Positions 53,907 through 64,000 of a DNA stretch of 64,000 bases are shown piece by piece. A program made the position numbers and the translations under genes. Under the pieces are notes generated by a model. That model searched no databases, was not told where the DNA came from, and worked only from the letters and a program-made list of their open reading frames with translations. Position 1 is the stretch's first letter, and each line of letters opens with the position of its first letter. Source of the stretch: Octopus sinensis (Eukaryota); NCBI RefSeq assembly GCF_006345805.1, contig NC_043003.1, forward strand, positions 52,886,001 to 52,950,000. The letters are read 5' to 3'.

Positions 53907-54215
53907 GGGGGGCAAGTACATGGCCTAGTGGTTAGAGCAGCAGACTCACAGTCGAGGGATCGCGGGTTCGAATCTCAGACCGGGCGATGTGTGTGTTTAT
54001 GAGCGAAACACCTAAGCTCCACGCGGCTCCGGCAGAAGGTAATGGCGAACTTCTGCTCACTCTTTCGCCACAACTTTCTCTCACTCTTTCCTCCTGCATC
54101 TTGCAGCTCACCTGCGACGGACCGGCGTCCCGTCCAGGTGGGGAACCTATACGCCAAGGAACCGGTAAACCGGCCCTTATGAGCCAGGCATGGCTCGAGA
54201 AAGAACAAACAAACA
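53907..54215 (+). mobile_element. SINE family C, tail type 2 (V-domain-like)
   Basis: A box tggcctagtggt, B box ggttcgaatctc; cctgcgacggaccggcgtcccgtccagg; (AAAC)n tail. Confidence 0.82.
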
Positions 54216-54449
54216 ATATACATGTGAATGATATGCGATCATTATCATGTCTTATTCTTGCATATGTGCATAATAGCAGACTGGATTTAAAATACTTTAA
54301 AAGAACGGTAATAACTCCCTTATCCACAATGGTAGTGGACATCAGTGCATAGAGTACAAAGGCAGATGTGTTCAAGTTTTGCTCGTGGTAGTTAGTAAAA
54401 TACGCCGAAATACTCATTCATCTCTCCTCTTTCAAAATGAATAAACGTA

Positions 54450-54666
54450 TTGGTTTCAAATTTTGGCAGAAGATCAGCAGACTTGGAGGAAGAGTTAAGT
54501 TGATTAAACCAACCCCAGTGTTCAACTGGTGTTTATTTTATCGATCCTGAAAGGATGAAAAAGCAAAGCCGACCTGGGCGGCATTTGAACTCCGAACGTA
54601 AAGGCAAACGAAATGCCACTAAGCATTTCTCCCGGTGTGCTAACGACACTGTCAGCTCGCCGCCTT
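54450..54666 (-). mobile_element. SINE family A
   Basis: cagctcgccgcctt head on the minus strand. Confidence 0.8.
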
Positions 54667-54858
54667 ACAATATTCACACTACATATTAGAAGGATTAAAC
54701 GACATATTAAAGCAATATAAAAGAGAAAAGGAACTTTTATAAAGGATAGATCACCGTAATCAATGAAAACACAGCATCTATGATTTATGCTTCATGTCTC
54801 TTCCCTCAAACGAATTAAACCAAATATCCCGGTAGCATGTTGATACTCATGTCATAAT

Positions 54859-55256
54859 CTTTTCTACTCTTGGCACAAGGCCCGAAATTTTGAGGGAAGG
54901 GCCAGTCGATTAGATCGACCCCAGTACGCAACTGGTACTTAATTTATCGACCTCGAAAGGATGAATGGCAAAGTCGACCTCGGCGGAATTTGACCTCAGA
55001 ACATAAAGACAGACGGAATACCTACTTCTTTACTACCCACTAGGGGCTAAACACAGAGAGAACAAACAAGGACAGACAAACGGATTAAGTCGATTATATC
55101 GACCCCAGTGTCTAACTGGTACTTATTTAATCGACCCCGAAATGTTGAAAGGCAAAGTCGACCTCGGCGGAATTTGAACTCAGAACGTAGCGGCAGACGA
55201 AATACCGCGAAGCATTACGCCCGGCGTGCTAACGTTTCTGCCAGCTCGCCACCTGG
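54859..55256 (-). mobile_element. SINE family A, dimeric, with 15-bp TSD
   Basis: tactcatgtcataat at 54844-54858 and 55257-55271. Confidence 0.9.
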
Positions 55257-55296
55257 TACTCATGTCATAATGGCTTAAACACTTTCTGTCACATAC

Positions 55297-55432
55297 TCTC
55301 CACGTGTGTTGTTAAGAGTGTGTGACGGTGCTTCCATTCACCGAGGCCAACAAAATTGGTGATTAAGTTTGTAATGAATAGACATCGCCAGCTGAAGATC
55401 AGGATATGCTGCCATCTAATGGAATATATCAT
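55297..55432 (-). CDS. Candidate first coding exon of a host gene; 45 aa, signal-peptide-like (MIYSIRWQHILIFSWRCLFITNLITNFVGLG...)
   Basis: Minus strand: acceptor ttttaacAG|, GCACCATG start context, only one open frame, phase-1 donor A|GTATGT; non-repetitive sequence. No homology recognised. Confidence 0.45.
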
Positions 55433-55699
55433 GGTGCCTGTTAAAACATAATCTAGAATTATTGGTAAAATAGTTGATTCCATACGTACATTACCAGACA
55501 TGCTGCTATTTTTATATAATAAAATACACTTCAAAAACACTTCAAATAAACGACAAAAAAGAAAGAAAGGAAAAAGAGAGAGAAAAGGAAGGAGGAATGA
55601 GATAACTAAAGACGCAGTGATGTGAATAGAATCTCACTTCTCAGAATCCTCTTTCTTATTTCTTGCTTTCTAAAATACCAGACATGCTTTTCAGCATAA

Positions 55700-56330
55700 C
55701 AACCTCTTCTCTTGTATAACATGTCCAAGATGAAACCAACGTCTTGCAAAGACACTCTCGTCTGTCAGCACAACGGCTCCTGGACCATCAATTTGTAACG
55801 GATTTCACAAGATTCATTGTTGGAAAATTTTACAAAAGTAATATTCTCACTCAATCAGTGTCTGAAGCCTATTCACACATCCATTAGAAAATGCTGAATG
55901 GCTATATTCTTCTCCCAAAAGTTATTCGATCAAGCATTAGGTTAAAACTTAGTTTGGAATTTTCGAAAAGTGTTTCATTTCTAAGCTCAGTTTTCTTCTA
56001 CAAAATTTGTGTTGGCAGCTCTAAATTCAACTCAGTTATTCCATGTACCTTACCGAACCGCAATTATTACATTCATTTTGTAATGGAAAGCGGCGACATG
56101 GTAATGGATTTATAATTTGTAACGGAAGACGGAAAAAGGAAATTGAAGGAAACCCACATTACCCTTCTCTGCATCAACTACTTGTGTTGCGGTATTTTGG
56201 AGAAATCTGTAGAAACCGTCTGTTTATAATGAAATCTTTCTACAGTTTCCTTTTGAATAACCGATATGAATTACAAATAGTCGATGGTACGCAGATATAT
56301 TTTCCTCATCATCAGTTTAACTGATAAATG
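55700..56330 (-). pseudogene. Merlin (IS1595/ISXO2-like) transposase relic
   Basis: Hand translation NPLQIDGPGAVVLTDESVFARR (cf. IGGPG..VEIDES.F.KRK) and upstream TLFENSKLS. Confidence 0.55.
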
Positions 56331-56698
56331 TTTTATCGTTTTAATGCATATCGTTTAAATAACCAATTGTCTTTCTCCTATTTTTTTCATACATAACTTT
56401 ATAAAATAAATCATTTCATCGTTTATAATATATATATCACGTTTATTATTTTTCACCTGGAGTAGTGTGGAATGAATAAGTGTTCTGGAAAGACGAAAAA
56501 GTACCTATCATTAATATAAGATTAAACTGTCTAATTTAATGAAAAATATTTTAATGCGTATATGAATTTATAAGAAGCGGTATCTCTTTGGAAGAATGCA
56601 GGAAGACAAAAGTGGCTGGCGAAATCCACGTATTTAATACAGAATGTGTTATGAAGAACTCCTTTGGAGAAGTAACTGATAAAGTTTTATTTCATATA

Positions 56699-57153
56699 CC
56701 GTAAATCCTCGAGTATAATCTGCATTTTTTCCCCAAAATTTAATGGTCAAAATCCCTAGTGCGTACTATATACGAGGTTAAAAATGAAAGTTTTTTCTAA
56801 GCAATGTCCGAGTCTCTATTTGCTGTCCGGCAGTGTTTATTCAGACGCATTTTGTGATGTCGGGTGCGAAAATACCTTAAATCATCCATAACTTGCAGTT
56901 AGCAACATTTATTAAACGTTATTACTGTTATTTCTTTATTTTCTGTAAACAAAATGCACAAAAAAGCCACACGTTTGCATTATGTTATATATACAATAAT
57001 AATAAAGGACGTTACAGTATACATTTTTACAAACCAAGGACGTTATATAGACCTCCTTGACTCAAGTTAGAGAAAGGGTTTTACAGAGGTACAGGCCCCT
57101 AAAAGTCCCCTGCGTATTATACTCAAGGGCGTACTATACTCGAGGATTTACGG
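56699..57153 (+). mobile_element. pogo/Tc2-like MITE, copy 3 (internally deleted)
   Basis: TA|ccgtaaatcctcgagtata ... tatactcgaggatttacgg|TA. Confidence 0.92.
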
Positions 57154-57474
57154 TAGTCCTTGAAAAGGTTGCTGTTGTGGAAGAAGATATTTACATCGAC
57201 CAAGATTATCCAAGCCATGCAAAAATCCATAGCATAATGCTTTCAGAGGTATTTGAGTTAATGTAATGCGGTTTGCATTCTCAATTGACAATTTTTTAAA
57301 AGAAAAATAATTGAAAAATGAAGCTTTAACTTGAGCAGTGGCTTAATTGATGGCTAAACACATTAAAGTGATTTACTGACGGAAATCGAAGAGTTACATA
57401 TATATTCATAATTCTTCCTTTTTTTTTTTTTGATAATGGTTCTCGAAGTACATATACAGCTATATGAAATAACT

Positions 57475-57850
57475 GCTTTGGTTCACTGGTAGAACGCCTG
57501 TCACGTCTACAGGAAATGTGGGTTCGAATACCACGGGCAGACTTCGATATTTTGTATCCAAAAAGGGTTTTAGAACCCAGTATTTATATGCTATTCTTTA
57601 CAGCATATACTCCCATGTACTCCGAGACCTATTATTCCAAAAAGAATTATTCAATGTTCTCTCGAAAGTTTAGAAAATTCTTATAATTCAACAATATACC
57701 ATCCTTGCGAGTAAGAATAAAATTCCTGAAACAGAGGTATAATTCAATAGATTACATCGGTCCGCTGGTAGAACGCCTGCAGTATCATTAGGAAATATGG
57801 GTTCGAGTCCCAGGGGCAGCTTTTGACTTTTTCTATCCTAAAGGGATTAT
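57475..57850 (+). pseudogene. Two tRNA-like sequences 279 bp apart
   Basis: ctggtagaacgcctg at 57486 and 57765, each followed by a B box (ggttcgaatacc / ggttcgagtccc) and similar 3' flanks; no clean cloverleaf. Confidence 0.6.
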
Positions 57851-58214
57851 TTTTATCTTGATCTCCAGCAAGCGAAATTTGATACTTTTGTCTTCCTTGT
57901 AATGTCTGTAGCATCAGCAAAAAGCAATTTCATTCTGTTTTATCGCGGAACATTATGCTTTATCAAAAAATTACCATGGCTCTATGTTGATATCCACTCA
58001 CCACATGCTTATTGTATAACCGATTTTTGTGACCATACTTTCATATATTTCGCCTAGTATTTGTTCACTTAGTTTCGAAGTCTCTTGTAAATTGCCAGTG
58101 CAAGTAACTTCCATATGTAGAAATTCTGTAGCTTCTAACATAGTGAGGCCAGGCGGTCTATGTCAATCATATTAGTTCATCATATTCCATGTTTAGTAAA
58201 AACCCCATTAACAG

Positions 58215-58574
58215 TGTATGGCAATATGTATTCAAAAATTAATTTAGAGGATTAAGTAGACATAGGAAAGACTCAAAAAGAACAATTTGATGGTCACCAC
58301 TGTATGGCAATATGTATTCAAAAATTAATTTAGAGGATAAAGCAGACAAGGGAAAGACTCAAAAAGAACAATTTGATGGTCACAAATGTATGGCGATATG
58401 TATTCAAAAATTAATTTAGAGGATAAAGCTGACATGGGAATGACTCAAAAAGAACAATTTGATGGTCACAACTATATGGTAATATTTATTCAAAAATTAA
58501 ATTAGAGGATAAGGCAGACATGGAAAAGACTCAAAAAGAACAATTTGATGGTCACAACTGTATGGCAATATGTA
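58215..58574. repeat. Minisatellite, ~4.2 x 86 bp
   Basis: Unit starts at 58215, 58301, 58387, 58473, 58559. Confidence 0.95.
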
Positions 58575-59159
58575 AGCAACTGACTTCCCAGTCAAATTAT
58601 CCCATCATTCCACAGACACAGCTGCACATTTAACTTCTCCAACCATACATTATTGTACTTTTACATCAGTTTCAGTTTATGAGGGCTTTTCTTCCCTTAT
58701 TTTTTTGTGCATCACGGTGATGGGCGTGTACTTGTATGGCTGTATGTTTTACTCCGAAAATAGTTACAAAAAGAACAACAAAAAAAGCGAAAAAGTGATG
58801 AACTCATTGTCTCTGATCGGGAATCTCATTGATGATGAGGAACCTCTTCGATTTCCTTTCAAACTAATCTATTTCTTGTTTGCTTCAGTTACTGATAAAG
58901 ACTAAAGCTGTTCGCGGGTGCTGATACTGCGAAATATATTGATTAACATTATTTTGTTTCCGGATTCAGACAGATCGCAGAACAAGCTTAAAGCTTAGGC
59001 TATGAATGTTATTTTATGATCATTTCTTTGACCCTAACGTGTTAGGTACAATCACTCTGCGCAATGTTTGTAAGTTAAATTCTTGGCAGCTTTTAGGAGA
59101 GTTTACTATATAATTTGGATATTTTAAAACAAAATAAACTAAATCGCCTTAAATGTTGT

Positions 59160-59415
59160 ACATTCGATGCTTTCTTCCAAGGAATCTAATGCTCTTAGCT
59201 TAGTTTTTCCTTGGGGCTGGCCAGATTGGAGCAATCTCAAGATTAATCAGCCGAAATTGCGAGGATGATCAGGATCTTGACTGAGGATAGAAAGCTTCGA
59301 ATGACCCGTCCTTGTTTTTTTTGTATCATCTATCTGGATGATTGTTGTCCCTTTTTGTATCACCTAATTGTCCGGATGTTTTGCGTTCTTGTCCCATTTT
59401 GTATTAATATATATA
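59160..59415 (+). mobile_element. Dispersed pLTR-like repeat, second copy of 31185-31500
   Basis: Shared sequence in the opposite orientation; ends in a short (TA)n. Confidence 0.6.
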
Positions 59416-59654
59416 TAACTTTACAAAACTCATGGGTTCTATGCTGAGCAATAACATATCTACTCATTCATAGTACATTCTAGCAGATTCGAACGTGATT
59501 AATCTGATTGTTGATGTTTTTCACCATCGAAGAACACTTCTTTCCTTCAGACCATGTTCATTATAAATACTCACTATACACAATACATCAGCATAACGAG
59601 AGTAAGACACTGCTGTGTTTTAACCTCGTTAAAGCTACATACATACATACATAC

Positions 59655-60235
59655 ACCTGATTATGAATTCTCATTTGTACCTATAATCATAGGTATATTA
59701 GGTTATGTACCAACAAATTTGCACAAAAATCTAGAAATATTTGTATTCACGGGGAAAAAGCAAGAGAAACTGACTCGGATTCTCCAAATTCAATTTATTT
59801 GTGGTATAGGCGCAGGCGTGGCTGTGTGGTAAGAAGCTTGCCTGCCAACCACATAGTGCCAGGTTCAGTGGCACCCTGGGCAAATGTCTTCCACTATAGC
59901 CTCGTGCCGATTAAAGCTTTGTGGGTGGATTTGGTAGACGGAAACTGAAAGAAGCCTGTCGGATATATATATGTATGTATATATTTGTGTGTCTGTGTTT
60001 GTCCCCCCAACATCGCTTGACAACCGATGCTGGTGTGCCTTCGTCCCCGTCATTTAGCGGTTCGGCAAGAGAGACCGATAGAATAAGTACTAGGCTTACA
60101 AAGAATAAGTCCTAGGGTCGATTTGCTCGACTAAAGGCGGTGCTCCAGATTGGTCGCAGTCAAATAACTGAAATAAATAAAAGAAAGTAAAGTAATAGTG
60201 AAAATCTGTAAGACATTTCAAAAATTCTCAGTCTG
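59655..60235 (+). mobile_element. R4/Dong LINE extreme C-terminus, split by SINE B (59808-60190)
   Basis: PDYEFSFVPIIIGILG...LQIQFICG | SINE | IVKICKTFQKF. Confidence 0.75.
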
Positions 60236-60430
60236 AGATTCTTTTGTGAATAGATGGTGACACTTGGGCGCATGCATGGACAGTTCAAACAACAAAGCAA
60301 CTCAACCACATATTTACAAATATCAGGAACTCTCTTAACTCGGAAAGTCTCGTTGCTCTGTTAGCAACCGACTTGAATTCTCTCAAGATCTTAAATCAAA
60401 CTCTGTGTGTGTGTGTGTGTGTTAAGTATA

Positions 60431-60626
60431 ATATGTGACAATTATTCGGAAGCCATAATAAAACTCCGAGTTTCGGATGTCGGGGCGAAAACCCACGCCG
60501 CTATCTCTTCAGTTATCCGGCCATCGAAAAACATGGCCGGATAACTGAAGAGATAGCGGCGTGGATTTCCACCCCGACATCCGAAACTCAGAGCTTTATC
60601 ATGGCTACCGAATAATTGTCATATAT
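60431..60626. repeat. ~195-bp near-perfect palindrome with a hammerhead motif in each arm
   Basis: Arms 60431-60524 and 60533-60626, 8-nt loop; motif ataa-CTGAAGA-gat..atcc-GAAA-ctcRgag-YT-ttat. Confidence 0.85.
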
Positions 60627-60697
60627 ACTTACAGATAAATTTCTCTATTACATAATATCGAGGTCTCTTTATTCTTCTGTTGTCTTACCATTTTTGT

Positions 60698-60745
<48 letters not shown>

Positions 60746-60842
60746 TATATAAAGGGAAAGTTTACGAAAATAAACAAAAGACGAAGGCAGGTGGGGTACA
60801 AACAATCAAATGTATTAGTATAGCGCTCAGGAATAGAAAAAG

Positions 60843-60880
60843 TCTTTTACGTTTCGAGCCTACGCTCTTCGACAGAAAGA
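60843..60880 (-). ncRNA. Minimal hammerhead-like motif with variant core, within a (TA)n-flanked element (60751-60963)
   Basis: Minus strand: tcttt-CTGTCGA-a-gagc-gtag-gctc-GAAA-cg-TA-aaaga. Confidence 0.6.
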
Positions 60881-60963
60881 TACACAGAAAAAAAACAAGG
60901 AGAGAAAAAAATGCGTGTCGTAGTTAACGATCTATCATGGCGTCTTGACTTCGGACAATGGTC

Positions 60964-60994
<31 letters not shown>

Positions 60995-63379
60995 CACACG
61001 CAAACATATTTTCTTCTTTGTATGAATCTGACTGTTGTCATACTCACAGGGCAATTATTTGAGCCACTCATTATTAGCACAATGATTAAATGTCCTAGGT
61101 ATTGAACCCTGTTAGCTTTTAATCAAATACCGGTGGAAGCCACCTATTATTCTGCTGAAACTCATTGAACTGAAACACTCGTTCGTTTCATTGAAAAACT
61201 GCTGATCACAGTTTTGCGCCTCAATGCTTCATTTATGGCAAACTGGTGTTGTTTTCAGGTTCTCCGATTAAATGCTTTACTGCACTCATTCCGGTTCGCT
61301 ACGTGCTTAGTTAGAAAATAGTGTGCCGATGTTAACTTTGTCTTTTATTTTCTTCGAGCTGGATAGCTGGATAAAGAAAGTACCGGTCAGTGGTAAGGTC
61401 GAGTCTCCCCCCACCCTCTCCCTCCCTTCCTCTCTCTGTCTCCCTCTCTTGTCTAGAAGTATTTGGCTGTTTCTAACCTGAGGTGAGATGGGCCCTGCCG
61501 CATTAAAAAAAAAAATACTGAAGGCGCGCCGTATTGGTCGAAGATACCCTGGGGCTCCATCAAGAATAAAATACTCTTTCCTGTGTTTGATTAACGTACT
61601 CAAGAAGCTAACCAGAAATAGCAGCTAAATGTCCCTACTTTCCGTCACAATGCAATAATAAGAAACACACATAAGACAATGGAGTCCTAAATACATTCTA
61701 TCTAGAAAAAAAAAGAAGCAAATATAAAGATGATCAATTCTAGAAAGCTTTGAACCAATGCCGTCTTGAGGCATAGTTAGACTGTGGTCAATGCCCGGGG
61801 ATCCCTCAAGTCTAGGGTCCCTATGGCTAACCTGTGTATGTAGGGTCCTCAATGCATTGCTTTGCCCAGAGCCTATAATGCTGTTAAAACGGCTCTACTT
61901 TTGACCATACGCTTCCTCGATCAGGCATGACCTTGGTTAAAAAGCAACTGGCTTCGTTAAAGTTAAGGAAGTGTTTTTGTCTGTGTCAGTGTATTTCACC
62001 TTTTTCTTTTTCTTTTTTTCTTTTGTTCTTTGTCTGGTAGGCTACTCTGTCGAATCGGTCGACGATAAAGGAAATAAATAATTCATACAAAACACATTCA
62101 TACATAAAAGAAACACATTTATTTACGAGATCGCCAAGTAATACGTACGACTCGTTTGTTGTCAGTAATCGAAAGCAAAAGTAAAAAAAAAAAAAAAAGC
62201 AGCAAACCCAAAACAAGAATAATAATATATAAATAAATAAAATTGAGACTTTCTTCTTCTTCTTTCGCAGCAAGACTTCAAAAGATGATCGATCAACATG
62301 ATCAATATTTAAAAATGTTTTGTATAAAATGTCAAAACTAGAATGCTAAACAAACAAGGGGAAATAATTAGAAAGGTTTAAAAAAATTCTCAGCACTCTT
62401 CTATTTTTCCTTCTCTCCTCCGTTACAACTTGCTTTCTTCTTTCTTTCCCCTTCTTGTCTTTATAATTTTTCTTTCAAAGCAGTAAACTTATTTTTTATA
62501 TTTTACGACAACGACCACGATGACGAATTCGATCGAATATGACGATAAAACATGCATTGTATCCGCTCTCCTCACAAAATGTTCTTAATATTATCATTAA
62601 ACTAACATGCATCGGGTTTGAGTTTTTATTAATTGTTATTCTTCTTTTATTACGATCGTCAAACAGAAATGTAATCAATGCAAATCGTCATCAATACAGT
62701 TTTGTTATTTATATTTTTTGTCGATTGTTAATGATGTTATTGTTGATGTTGTTTTTTTATTTTGCTGTTGTTATCGTTCGTCTTGCCGCCGTTGTTATTG
62801 TTGTTGTTGTCGTGGTTGTTGTAGCCGCTACTGTTATTATTGTTGTTGCTCCTGTATTTTGTTTGTTGCCGGTAATGTCTGGCGTTGTTGATTGTTATTA
62901 CTGCTACTGTGTCAATACATTCTGTCGTTGTTGTTGTTGTTGTTGCCGTTGTTATTGTTGTTGTCGTCGTCGTTGTTGTTGCTGTTGTTGTGGGTTAAAT
63001 TACTTTCGATCGAAATGCATGGAAACTGGAGCCCATGAATGGTAAAGTATGAAAAACATATATATATATATATATATAATAATATATATATATACATAAA
63101 AAAAACAGGGCTTTGAATAAATGAACAGTCATGAATAAAAAGTAGAAAGAAGAGAAAGAAAATACGAGCGAACACACCACACGCATTCACACTCACACTA
63201 ATATATGTGTGCATGTGTGTGAACAGAGAGAAAGAGAAAGATAAGGAGAGGGAGCGAGAGAGTTACAGAAAAAAAATGTTATATGAAAGGGAACAAAACA
63301 GAGATAACTATGAATTTTGATAAGTCACCGTTATGAGAGTTCAGGGCCTTTATTTATGATTAAGGTAATTGTCATAAAG

Positions 63380-63800
63380 AGCCACGGTCGAGACACACGG
63401 CCAGTTGTCCAATGACACAACAGGCCGTGTAGTAAACAAGCTGAAAGTGTGGGGGAAAGGGGGCTAAGATTTTAAGGCGGTGCTAGTGAGGAAGAGATTG
63501 AAAAAAAGAAACGAGAAGAAATTAAGGAAAAAAAAAAGCTGTACGTGTGTCGATGAGAGTGAAAATGAGTTGATAAAAATATAAAACAAAGTAACAATGC
63601 GTGGGGGAAGAAAAAAGATAAATAAAACATTGTATAAAATAAAATTAAATAGAACAACAATAAAAGGCTCGGAGAAACGATTGAATCAAAAGTACCCCAA
63701 CACAAACTTCAGCTCTGTTTGCTGATTGGCTGATTCGTCAGGCAATATAGGAGTGGCTTATTTCATTTTTTTTTCCTTCTTCCCGTCACATGGCGGTAGG
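63380..63800. promoter_or_regulatory. Possible promoter region
   Basis: Repeat-free and relatively CpG-containing; CCAAT at ~63409, ATTGG at ~63725, gtcacatggcgg (E-box/YY1-like) at ~63785. Confidence 0.25.
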
Positions 63801-64000
63801 AAGTAGTTTTTGTTCTGTTTTAATTGTAAAGATGTTGTTATTATTGCTTCCTTGTATAAGTTGCACACGTATACACACACAAATAACAACATAAATGCAC
63901 ACGGGATGTTCTCCGTACTTATGTATATACACACAATCAGCTGTAATATATTTGCCTGCCAGTGATTCTTTTACATAAATAACACATCGAAGTTTTAATT

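Noticed and set aside
53915-53985. Functional tRNA genes at SINE heads
   Set aside because: They continue into SINE bodies and lack an acceptor stem.
58215-58574. CRISPR-like repeat/spacer pattern
   Set aside because: The variable parts are homologous between units, so this is a minisatellite.
59270-59310. CTGAGGA...GAA as a hammerhead (and CTGAAGA in the copy at ~31250)
   Set aside because: No GAAA at the right position and no convincing stems I and III.
61700-61895. hAT-like MITE right end (gcccagagcctataatgctgttaaaacggctct)
   Set aside because: No matching left TIR or TSD found.

Overview
AT-rich, microsatellite-saturated animal genomic DNA, most likely Octopus or a related coleoid cephalopod (inferred from the SINE families and repeat landscape; not verifiable here). 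No intact protein-coding gene is present, and most ORFs in the track are microsatellite artefacts. The window is mostly decayed transposons: R4/Dong-type RLE LINEs, CR1 and RTE 3' ends, a Penelope-like element (RT plus C-terminal GIY-YIG), a Ty3/Gypsy LTR element, a solo LTR, Tc1/mariner and Merlin relics, pogo/Tc2-like and hAT MITEs, a Helitron-like element and about 25 tRNA-derived SINEs. The standout is a ~6.7 kb non-coding array (19761-26423) of a ~505-510 bp unit. Each unit carries a type I hammerhead ribozyme motif (CUGAUGA...GAAA...GUA): 10 copies on the minus strand and 4 on the plus strand, diverging from a junction at ~24620, with both outer ends in (TA)n. This is a retrozyme / Penelope pseudo-LTR architecture. 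At least seven further hammerhead-like loci from unrelated sequence families, several in fold-back form, sit next to other (TA)n tracts. One candidate first coding exon of a minus-strand host gene lies at 55297-55437. All motifs were read by eye; coordinates of decayed elements are approximate.
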